A DNA stretch of 64,000 nt from Promethearchaeota archaeon (GTDB lineage Archaea > Asgardarchaeota > Lokiarchaeia > Sigyniarchaeales > SOKP01), in contig JBHLLT010000002.1 in the NCBI GenBank assembly GCA_048938855.1, positions 192,001 to 256,000 on the forward strand, in the 5' to 3' direction. Positions 9,746-18,689 of the stretch are shown in pieces. Under the pieces are notes generated by a model. It made no database searches, was not told the DNA's origin, and saw only the letters and a list, made by a program, of their open reading frames with translations. The stretch's first letter is position 1, and every line of letters starts with the position of its first letter. The translations under genes and the position numbers were made by a program.

Positions 9746-10414
9746 ATGTCTATTAAAGAAACAAATAAAATTGTTTTAAGTTTTGATTTAGATAATACTC
9801 TAATCAATAACAGAGCAGGCATAGTTGCTTCATTTAATTATGCATTAAAGAAATATGATTTACCTAAAATAGAAGCCTCTGTAATAGAAAGTATGATTGG
9901 GATACCTTTAAATGATATGTTCATTGAAGTGACAAATCAAGATCCCTCAAAATTAGTTTTTGCATTCAGAGAATATTATACAAAAAAAGGAATTTTTCAA
10001 GCTAAACTTTTATCAGGAATTTTAGCTAAATTGAATGATTTAAAAGAACAAAAATTCATCATGGGTATTATAACTTCAAAAAAGCAAGAATTAGCCCGTA
10101 GAGTTGTTGAAATTTTAAATATTCAGAATTTTTTTGATTATGTTTTAGGAGAGACAGAAGAAACAAGAGAATTAGGAAAATTAGATCCCCATATAAATAA
10201 ATATCTAATTAAAAAATATTCAGGATACAAGATTATTGTTATTGGAGACCATCCTAAGGATGCAATGCTTTCTAACAATTTAAATTGTCCATTTATAGGA
10301 GTTCTTACAGGAAATCATACAGCTGATCAGTTAAAGGAAGCAAAAGAGGGAAAAATATTAATATTCAATTCTGTTAGTGAATTAGATATTGACTCAATAT
10401 ATACTTTAATTTAA
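9746..10414 (+). CDS. HAD-superfamily phosphatase (phosphoglycolate phosphatase-like)
   Basis: FDLDNTL motif I, ITSK motif II, IGDHPKD motif IV. Confidence 0.9.
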   Translation: MSIKETNKIVLSFDLDNTLINNRAGIVASFNYALKKYDLPKIEASVIESMIGIPLNDMFIEVTNQDPSKLVFAFREYYTKKGIFQAKLLSGILAKLNDLKEQKFIMGIITSKKQELARRVVEILNIQNFFDYVLGETEETRELGKLDPHINKYLIKKYSGYKIIVIGDHPKDAMLSNNLNCPFIGVLTGNHTADQLKEAKEGKILIFNSVSELDIDSIYTLI

Positions 10415-10479
10415 TCATAATTATATTCATGAATAATCTGCTATAAAAAAGAGAAAAAAGTAAGGAGAATATAATTATC

Positions 10480-11946
10480 TTATTCTTTACCCCAAGATTC
10501 ATATTCCTTCATGAATTCTTTTGGTTTCCATTGAGTATCCATAAATTTAGGGATTCCAGAACTGTCTCTTGGACCTACAACTACAAAAGCATTCGCTTCA
10601 TCTTCTAAAGCTCCACTCAGACGTGCCGCCATACCAGGGAGTACTAAAATTCTATGACTTACTTTATCAAAAACTCCAAATTCTTTTACTGCTTCTGCTA
10701 TTCCACCGGCATTAAACTGGCCACCTGCTACTGCGCTTTCAATTCCAATTCCCTCTGTATCAACTACTAAAAGCCAACAATTCAAATTTGCGCCTTGTAG
10801 ATCCTGTTCAACAGGTATCTTTGTCATTCTATAATTGCTAGTGACAAATATTGGATCCATATCACTTGGTTCTCCTATCTTATAAAGACCAGGATCAACA
10901 GCTGGATAAATCCTTGGATCTGAAAACACACTTTGCCGCAATGTCATTAGTGCCAAAAGAGCCCAAATTTCTTCTTTCTTCTGACCAGTATGCAAAACTA
11001 TAATATTTGTATCTATCGATTCCATTATTGCTCCCATTATTACTTCTTGATATTGATGTTCCCAAAGCTCTTTATCATCTCCTAAATTTACTTGACTCCA
11101 ATAAGCTGCAGGAACGCCCATAACAGGCCAATTAGCATTCACATCTTTCTTATTTATTGCCGCATTTCTTAATTGCATAATATTATCATATGTTACAGAA
11201 AGATTCCCCGGACCAAAATAAGTTCCTGAATCTAAAACGATCTCCTTTACACCAAATTTTTGTAAAGTCCCACTTAATGACATTAACTCATCTAAGTTAT
11301 TGGAACTAATAACTACTGGTAGATTATTTTGAATTGCAAATTTTCCAATCTGCTCCCATGTATTCTTTGTAACAGCATAAAGTAATGGTTTTCTATCTTT
11401 AATAACTTCTGCTGCTGCTAATAGAACATCAGCATTAAAACTACATAACATAATTGGAAGATCTGAGGTCTCAGCAATTTTCTTTGCTGCCAATTTAAAC
11501 TGTTCAGCATCTCCAGAGACGTTTCTTAAAGCAATTCCATCTAATGTAAGTACATCGCCAATTCTTTCTATCTTTAAATCTGTAAGATATTTTACGATTG
11601 CTTCTAAATCAACATCATCATCTGCAATTTCCATGAATATAGCTGTCTGATTGTAAAAAGTCAGTTGATGGCGCATTAATACTTCTTCTCCACCGATAGT
11701 AACTGCCCTATCTCCTGTTCCAATAATAACTGGTCTTTGGGGAGGAGTTATAAGCGCAATTAATTTATCTCGATTTTTTGCTTGTTTAGGATCTTGAATT
11801 AAATGAGAACAATCCTGTACTTTAATTTTTCTTTCAAGGATATCGGTTGCAAAGGCCATACACGTGTCATATCCACAGTCCTTACAATTACTTTTATCTA
11901 AAAGTGCATAAACTTCTAAAGGGCTTGGTCGTGCCATTTTTGACAA
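10480..11946 (-). CDS. cdhE: Corrinoid Fe-S protein large subunit (ACDS gamma subunit)
   Basis: N-terminal NCKDCGYDTCMAFA...C FeS motif, IGGEEVLMRH, VTSNY, VVDTEG, LPGMAA, VVGPRDSSGIP. Confidence 0.92.
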   Translation of the reverse strand: MSKMARPSPLEVYALLDKSNCKDCGYDTCMAFATDILERKIKVQDCSHLIQDPKQAKNRDKLIALITPPQRPVIIGTGDRAVTIGGEEVLMRHQLTFYNQTAIFMEIADDDVDLEAIVKYLTDLKIERIGDVLTLDGIALRNVSGDAEQFKLAAKKIAETSDLPIMLCSFNADVLLAAAEVIKDRKPLLYAVTKNTWEQIGKFAIQNNLPVVISSNNLDELMSLSGTLQKFGVKEIVLDSGTYFGPGNLSVTYDNIMQLRNAAINKKDVNANWPVMGVPAAYWSQVNLGDDKELWEHQYQEVIMGAIMESIDTNIIVLHTGQKKEEIWALLALMTLRQSVFSDPRIYPAVDPGLYKIGEPSDMDPIFVTSNYRMTKIPVEQDLQGANLNCWLLVVDTEGIGIESAVAGGQFNAGGIAEAVKEFGVFDKVSHRILVLPGMAARLSGALEDEANAFVVVGPRDSSGIPKFMDTQWKPKEFMKEYESWGKE

Positions 11947-12113
11947 TTCTTCTAGTATGTTTTTTTTTCTAATAGAAAAATGAATTTATATGTGTAGTCT
12001 AATTTTAAATTGAATTAAAAATTTGGTTTTTTAAAAATTTAACTCTACTTATCCTAATTCATTCCACAAATGGAATGGTAAGTTTTTAAAAAATTTTTGA
12101 ATTTAATAAGTCA

Positions 12114-13568
12114 ATGGATATCAATAAAAAAGAGTCGGAAAATTTACAATCATTATTTTACCCTAAACATATTGCTTTTATTGGTGCATCAGAGAGTTCA
12201 ACATTAGGTTCAATGATGTATTTACCTGCTTTCAAAGATTCAATATGGGCAAATACATTTTATCCGATTAATCCAAAACACAAAAGAATAATGGATTGGA
12301 AATGTTATCCTTCTGTTTTAGAGGTTCCCTTTCCTATTGATACTGCATATATTTCATTAAAAAAAGATTTTATTCCAAAAACAGTTAAGGAGTGTGTTCA
12401 AAAAGAAATAAAATGGATTATCATTTTTGCTTCTGGATTTTCTGAGACTGGAGATTCTAAAGGTAGAGAATTGGAGAAGAACCTTCTAAAAATTATTAGT
12501 GGTTCAAAAACAAGAATATTAGGACCAAATTGTCTAGGACCGTTTAATGCTGAAAATGGAATGGCGATTACTTTTGCTTCTCAAAAAGGAAATCAAGGAG
12601 GAGTATCTTTCATGTCCCAATCTGGAGGCCACTTAACCCAATTAGTTGATGTGGGATATAAACGAGATATAAGATATCGTTATGGTATAAGTTTTGGTAA
12701 TCAAATTGACTTGAATTGTGTGGATTTTTTAAAATTTTTTCGTCATAATTCAAAAACTTCTCTGATTGCAGCATATTTAGAATCTACTGGTTCAGCAAAC
12801 ACCAGGGAGTTGTTTATGGAGCTAAAGGACACTACAAATATCAAGCCAGTAATTATCTGGAAAGGTGGATATACAAAAGAGGGTTCTAGAGCGGCATTCT
12901 CACACACAGGTGCGATAAGATCGGATAACGGATTATGGAAATCAATGGCTAAGCAAACAGGAACAATTCTTGTAAAAGATAATGAAGAATTTTGGAATTC
13001 AATTAAAACCTTTGAATTACTTTATCCAAAATATATACCAAAGGGAAGAAATGCTGGAATTATAACACCTGGAGGAGGATTATCCGTTAACCTAACTGAT
13101 TTATTTTCTTCCCATGACTTATCTATCCCAGAATTAACTTCAGAGTCACAATCCAAAATTGGGAAGATATTGCCTGATGTAAACGTAAATATTAAAAATC
13201 CTGTTGATTTAGGAGCCTCAGGGTTTATTCTAGATATTTTTACAAAGTGTATTAGTATAGTTGTTGATGATCCTAATATTGATATAATTATTATTCCACT
13301 TTGGCCAGACCATATTTATCGCCATGTCTTTAAGAGAATGATTAAGATAAGAGATTCAACACCAAAACCTTTTGCTTTTTGTTTACCAAATCTGGCTGAT
13401 GATATTACCGTAGCTAAAAGATTTAATTCTGCTAAAAAATTAATTCATGAAAAAAGAGTTCTATATTATTTGTCATTGAGAAATGCAGCTAAAAGTTTGT
13501 CATCTCTTTGTGATTATATTGAGTTTTTAAGAATTCGAAAAGCACCAATTTATAGAGAGAATATTTAA
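12114..13568 (+). CDS. Acyl-CoA synthetase (NDP-forming) alpha subunit
   Basis: IAFIGAS, YPINPK, GFSETG, LGPNCLG, SQSGG, SFGNQIDL, catalytic SHTG, NPVDL; no fused ATP-grasp beta domain. Confidence 0.9.
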   Translation: MDINKKESENLQSLFYPKHIAFIGASESSTLGSMMYLPAFKDSIWANTFYPINPKHKRIMDWKCYPSVLEVPFPIDTAYISLKKDFIPKTVKECVQKEIKWIIIFASGFSETGDSKGRELEKNLLKIISGSKTRILGPNCLGPFNAENGMAITFASQKGNQGGVSFMSQSGGHLTQLVDVGYKRDIRYRYGISFGNQIDLNCVDFLKFFRHNSKTSLIAAYLESTGSANTRELFMELKDTTNIKPVIIWKGGYTKEGSRAAFSHTGAIRSDNGLWKSMAKQTGTILVKDNEEFWNSIKTFELLYPKYIPKGRNAGIITPGGGLSVNLTDLFSSHDLSIPELTSESQSKIGKILPDVNVNIKNPVDLGASGFILDIFTKCISIVVDDPNIDIIIIPLWPDHIYRHVFKRMIKIRDSTPKPFAFCLPNLADDITVAKRFNSAKKLIHEKRVLYYLSLRNAAKSLSSLCDYIEFLRIRKAPIYRENI

Positions 13569-13584
13569 TTGTAAACTATCCATA

Positions 13585-13872
13585 CTAAATTCTCTCAGAA
13601 ATGCTCTTTAAATATAATTTCATAAAAAATCGTTGACTACTGCAGTAGTCAAATTTCTGTTTTTGAGTAAGACTATGATTATTTTTTAAAATAAAATGGA
13701 TTTTTTTTATTGTCTCAAAATTAAAATCTCTATTTCTTCCTTCTTTATATGGTTCTGATTTAAATTTACAACTTTTACGTAAAATACTTTCAGAAAAAAT
13801 AACAGATTCATTAAAAAGTAAACCATCTTGAACAAGTTTGGAATAATTTTGTTCTACTTTTCCTGAACTCAT
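13585..13872 (-). CDS. Hypothetical protein
   Basis: 95-aa ATG ORF filling the intergenic gap; no recognisable motif. Confidence 0.4.
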   Translation of the reverse strand: MSSGKVEQNYSKLVQDGLLFNESVIFSESILRKSCKFKSEPYKEGRNRDFNFETIKKIHFILKNNHSLTQKQKFDYCSSQRFFMKLYLKSISERI

Positions 13873-14197
13873 ACTAATAATAACCTTATAGATTAAAATT
13901 TACTAATACTATTATTTTTCTTATATTAATTTCAGAGTTCGTGGTCTATTAATCCATTAATATGTTCATAATCAAACATGATATTAAAATTACCAAAAGT
14001 TGTATGAAAAAGAGTAAAGAAGGAATGCAAAATTCAATTTATAATAAAAAGTAGCATATTTAAGGCGAAATCCAATGTAAGATTGAAAATTTTGTTTCCC
14101 TTCCAAATAATATTTTAAAAATTAACTATAAAAATATCACAAATTTTTAAAATCCTAAAAGAAAAGAATGAAAAAAAATTAAAATTCCAAGTTTTAT

Positions 14198-14719
14198 TTA
14201 ATAGTATTCTTCTTTAGAAAGAAGTAGGGCAAAAAAACCATAGAATACAATATTCACCAGACAACTTATTATTGCTAATATTAGAATGACATTCGTGGAA
14301 GCCCATCCATAGGTAACAATCAATATACTTGCAGTATAAGGACTTAACCAAGCTGCAATTATTACAGAAGCAGTACTAATGACTGCTGTCAATAGCCATC
14401 CTCCAAATGATTGACTTTTACTCTCACCAAATCTCCCAGCAAGAATTGCTGCTATTAAAGGAGCAACTAAATGTCCTAGTCCCAATATCAACATGTCCAT
14501 GTCACTGAGAAGAAAAGGGGCCGCTATTGTCCAATTAAAAATTGCAGAGGGAGTACTTATTACTGATCCAAATAAATAATATAAAATCATTAAGGGGTAA
14601 GTTTGAATGATGGTGATCAATCCATTAAAACCCGTAAAAGCATAGTAAATTATTGTAAAAATAAAATTTATACCTACGAAAGCGATTAGGCTAAATAAAA
14701 AAGCTTTTCCAAATCCCAT
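14198..14719 (-). CDS. Hypothetical membrane protein (4-5 TM)
   Basis: Strongly hydrophobic 173-aa ORF. Confidence 0.75.
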   Translation of the reverse strand: MGFGKAFLFSLIAFVGINFIFTIIYYAFTGFNGLITIIQTYPLMILYYLFGSVISTPSAIFNWTIAAPFLLSDMDMLILGLGHLVAPLIAAILAGRFGESKSQSFGGWLLTAVISTASVIIAAWLSPYTASILIVTYGWASTNVILILAIISCLVNIVFYGFFALLLSKEEYY

Positions 14720-14894
14720 TTTTTCTCTGTCTCTATTTTATTAGTTTAACTATATAACTTATTATCCTCAAGGAAGTTATGAATTTTAAATTTTAGGGTA
14801 TCTTAATCTATCTTATCAGCCAATCATAAAAAAGTTTTTTCAGATTAATCCTCAAAATTTTAATATATTATGAACTCCTAAAGAGACTATAATA

Positions 14895-15923
14895 ATGAAG
14901 AGAGTTAATGAAAAATTTACTCTTGGAAAGCTTAAACATGATTATTTAGCTCAATTGTTCTCAGAAATTGAAATCCAAGATAATAGAGTAGTTATGGGAT
15001 CTAAAATAGGTGAAGATGCAGCAGTTATAGATATACCTGGTGAAAATTATCTAGTAGCTAAAACAGATCCTATTACTTTCGCAACTGATGAGATTGGATA
15101 TTATGTTGTAATAGTAAATGTAAATGATCTCGTATGTACAGGAGCTAAACCAAAATGGTTTCAATCAACGGTATTATTACCTTCATATCATACAACAAGT
15201 CAAATGATTAATAAGATCTTCAATGATATTCACAACACTTGTAAATCAATGGAAATAACTGTCATAGGAGGACATACTGAAGTAACTCCAGAACTTTCGA
15301 GGCCAATTGTGATTGGTTCTTTAATTGGAGAGGTTAACAAAAATAAACTCGTACTTACTTCAGGAGCAGAATCCGGAGATGCATTAATTTTAACAAAAGG
15401 TATTTTTATTGAAGGTACTTCAATAATAAGTCGAGAAAAGGCAGATAAATTATTAAATTATGGATTTAATGATAAATTTATAGAAAAATGTAAAAATTAT
15501 CTATACAATCCCGGAATAAGTGTTTTTCATGAAGCATTACTTGCAAATAGTCATTTTAAAATTAAATCTATGCATGATCCTACAGAAGGGGGTGTTTACA
15601 CTGGTATTGCTGAGATGACAATTGCATCAAATACAGGTATTTTAATTGATGAAAAGAAAATAAAAATATTAGAAGAGTCAAAAATCTTAAGTGAATTATT
15701 TAATCTAAACCCATATAATTGTATTGCTTCTGGATCATTACTAATTGCAGTAGATCAAAAGGACTCATCTGATCTAATTGATTTACTAATTAAAAATAAA
15801 ATATCAGCAATACAAATAGGGAATTTTACTACCAGAGAGAGTGGTTTATTGATTGAGAAAGAAGGTGGAAATCGAGAACCTCTGAGATATTCGGAAACTG
15901 ATGAAATCACAAAACTATTTTGA
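14895..15923 (+). CDS. AIR synthase-related (PurM/HypE-like) family protein
   Basis: GEDAAVI, KTDPIT, VNVNDL, IGGHTE, MHDPTEGG; lacks the C-terminal PRIC of true HypE. Confidence 0.85.
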   Translation: MKRVNEKFTLGKLKHDYLAQLFSEIEIQDNRVVMGSKIGEDAAVIDIPGENYLVAKTDPITFATDEIGYYVVIVNVNDLVCTGAKPKWFQSTVLLPSYHTTSQMINKIFNDIHNTCKSMEITVIGGHTEVTPELSRPIVIGSLIGEVNKNKLVLTSGAESGDALILTKGIFIEGTSIISREKADKLLNYGFNDKFIEKCKNYLYNPGISVFHEALLANSHFKIKSMHDPTEGGVYTGIAEMTIASNTGILIDEKKIKILEESKILSELFNLNPYNCIASGSLLIAVDQKDSSDLIDLLIKNKISAIQIGNFTTRESGLLIEKEGGNREPLRYSETDEITKLF

Positions 15924-16093
15924 TTTTTAATTGAAATTAAATATCCTAGATAATCAATTCTTAAGGATCCCCTATTATCTGTGTATAAATAAGATTTTTA
16001 TTTTAAAATTTTCTTTGTAATTATAATAACATTTTTTCTTAGGGTTGTTAAAAACCGATTATAAAGTTAAATGAATTAAATATTCGATCAAAC

Positions 16094-18016
16094 GTGACTT
16101 ATAAAGAAATAAAACAAATTGCTGATAATCTAATAAATAAGACACCATATCAAGATTTAAGTTTTAAAATTATTAACAACGTGTTCTTTAAGTTTTTAGA
16201 GAAAAACGGTAGAGAATTTGAAGAATTTAAAGATGATATTAAAATAAGGTGGGATAATTTTCAAAAAAGAAACCAAACTCGAGTTATTAAAAGGAGTTTT
16301 ACATCATTTTTCTATGAAAATTTTCATGATTTATTTAAATCATTTCTGCAAGTTTTTTTCAAGTTCAACGAGAATTCTCTTGAATTATTAAGTAAAGAGA
16401 AGATATCTGAAAAGATCATTTTTTTTGAATATAGTTATCAGTTAGACCCAACCGAGGAAGAAAAATTTATAAATATATCTGATGTCTTTCAAATTGAAAT
16501 TTTATATGGATTTTCAATAATTACAGGTTACTTATATTTTATTGTCCGACTTTTAGGAATGGTTATTAGGAATGTAATTCAGGAAAAAATCTTTATTTTA
16601 CTTGATGCTATAATCATAAAAAATGAAGATTTGAATAAAAATTTAAATTTCCTTATAATATGTAAAGACAGCAAAGATGAGATCTTTGAATCTTATTATA
16701 ATATGGTCTTATTTTATTTTTTAATGCAAATTAAAGGGATTCCAGAATCTTTTTTTGAGCAGTTGTATAAGGGAAGAGAAAAATTATATGAAATTGCTTT
16801 AGATGAATATCCTTCATCAAAAGAAAAATTAGTAGATCTTCTATATTATTTCTACAAAAAATGCAATTTACTTCAAGGCTTCTCTCCTTTATTAGATTTT
16901 TTTAATTTTGTGGGTGCACGAGTAGAAGATTCAATCTTTTCAAAGTTAGATATTATCAAAAGAGAATTCCTTGCCAATCTTAATTATTCAACGGAAAAAA
17001 AGAATGCTATCATCAAATTTTTTGAATATCTTGATAAAAAATCTACTTTATATTCAACTTTTCAAGCAAATAACCTGCCTTCGCCAAAATCACAATTAAA
17101 TTTATTTCTATTATACATGAAATACTATTTTGGAAGCGGTCTTGAAGCATTGGAAGTAGGTGATATACTTTTTTTACCAGAAGTATTTAAAGAGACTTTA
17201 AATCAGTATAATAAAAAAGTTGATGATGTAATAGGAGCCAATTCTATCAAAAATATTAATGAATTTTTGAATTACTTGTCAGTGTTATCAAATATTCAAA
17301 ATATTAACATTTTCTTTAAAAAAGTATTTGGAAAGAATACATCTCAACTGAACTTTGGATTCTTTAAAACGTTTTTAAAAAGCTTAAATTCAAATTTTTC
17401 TCAAAAAATAAAACAGGAAAATGAAATTCTCATGGAAAATATTGAGAATTCCCCCTTAACATTTCAAATTTTAGTCGATCATATTTGCAGAATTCTTTAT
17501 GTATTAATTGATAAAATATTTATGAAAAAATCTCCAAATGAAGCTTCTATCAACTTCATTGATCCACGTAGCCGCTATATTGGAAAAAATATTGCCTTAC
17601 GAGTTCTAGAACTTTTTGTTTTTCAAGATATTAATTATTCTGACGATGTATGGCCAGATTATATAATAAGTTTAAATAGAGATCAACTTAAGAAAGAATT
17701 AAAACAATTTGATGTATCAATACCTACTAAACATTTTTACTCACTTGAAGAATTGATGCAAATAATGATCACATATAACATTCAGTCTTTTTCAGACCAA
17801 CCCTATTTTGAAGAATGGATAATTAATGAGATTATAATTCCATTAAATAAGTTCATCCAAGAAATTCAAATTTCTGTTGGTGATCAGACTGATGAAGTTG
17901 AAGTTTATCAAAAATTAAGTAATTATATAATTAATGGTATAAAAGATAAGAAAATTAAGAAAAATCTTGAATTTCTTTGCCAACAGTTAGCGCCATTTTG
18001 GAAATATGTTAAATAA
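16094..18016 (+). CDS. Large hypothetical protein (640 aa, predominantly helical)
   Basis: Long uninterrupted ORF; no motif recognised. Confidence 0.75.
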   Translation: MTYKEIKQIADNLINKTPYQDLSFKIINNVFFKFLEKNGREFEEFKDDIKIRWDNFQKRNQTRVIKRSFTSFFYENFHDLFKSFLQVFFKFNENSLELLSKEKISEKIIFFEYSYQLDPTEEEKFINISDVFQIEILYGFSIITGYLYFIVRLLGMVIRNVIQEKIFILLDAIIIKNEDLNKNLNFLIICKDSKDEIFESYYNMVLFYFLMQIKGIPESFFEQLYKGREKLYEIALDEYPSSKEKLVDLLYYFYKKCNLLQGFSPLLDFFNFVGARVEDSIFSKLDIIKREFLANLNYSTEKKNAIIKFFEYLDKKSTLYSTFQANNLPSPKSQLNLFLLYMKYYFGSGLEALEVGDILFLPEVFKETLNQYNKKVDDVIGANSIKNINEFLNYLSVLSNIQNINIFFKKVFGKNTSQLNFGFFKTFLKSLNSNFSQKIKQENEILMENIENSPLTFQILVDHICRILYVLIDKIFMKKSPNEASINFIDPRSRYIGKNIALRVLELFVFQDINYSDDVWPDYIISLNRDQLKKELKQFDVSIPTKHFYSLEELMQIMITYNIQSFSDQPYFEEWIINEIIIPLNKFIQEIQISVGDQTDEVEVYQKLSNYIINGIKDKKIKKNLEFLCQQLAPFWKYVK

Positions 18017-18505
18017 TTTTAAAAATTCTGGAAATTGAATCTTAATATCGACTATTGGTATATTATTAACCTCCTTCTTTGGTATAGTTTTGGAACAGAT
18101 TATTCCTGAGATCATTTTCACGTTTACTGTTAGTTGTTCTCTAATTTCATCAATTTCTGATATACATAAAACAGTAGGATTGTTTAAATTTCTAAAACCT
18201 TCTGTAAACGTTAGATCGGATTTGATGGGACCGTTATTTAACCATTTTAACAGTTCTTCAAATCTATCTTCTTTGCGCTTTATAAAAATTGCAGTTTCTT
18301 TATCACTGTTTTGAATCACAGAAAAAAGAGCACCTGCTTCAGTAAATCTATAAGAATCTTTTCCTTTCTCATCAACTGGATGCCCTTTAACATTTTTTAT
18401 CACTGAAACTTTATATTTTAATTCTTTTTTTAATAGTTTTATGGCATTTGTAATAAATTCTGTCTTTCCAGATCCTGAATATCCTACAACATCTATTAGT
18501 AAAAT
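17987..18505 (-). CDS. mobB: Molybdopterin-guanine dinucleotide biosynthesis protein B-like P-loop protein
   Basis: Extending the track ORF upstream in frame gives (I/M)LLIDVVGYSGSGKTEF...VSVIK...GKDSYRFTEAGA...TEGF. The Walker A lies upstream of the track GTG; only ATT is available as a start (18505 or 18511) before an in-frame TGA. Confidence 0.8.
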   Translation of the reverse strand: MLLIDVVGYSGSGKTEFITNAIKLLKKELKYKVSVIKNVKGHPVDEKGKDSYRFTEAGALFSVIQNSDKETAIFIKRKEDRFEELLKWLNNGPIKSDLTFTEGFRNLNNPTVLCISEIDEIREQLTVNVKMISGIICSKTIPKKEVNNIPIVDIKIQFPEFLKLFNIFPKWR

Positions 18506-18689
18506 AGAAATTCACACTAGTTAATTTTTAATAAAAATTTATAAAAATCTTCTATACGAGATATATTCTTATTTATTTTTGATTATTTTTCTATTTTGAT
18601 TTATTTTAATGAAACAAAAATATATTAGTTCTATATCTATTATTTATTAAAATAAGTTATTTCAAAATCAACACAATCTCATTATCCAT

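Noticed and set aside
14895-15923. HypE or selenophosphate synthetase SelD
   Set aside because: Lacks the HypE C-terminal PRIC and the SelD N-terminal Cys/Sec-x-x-Lys motif.
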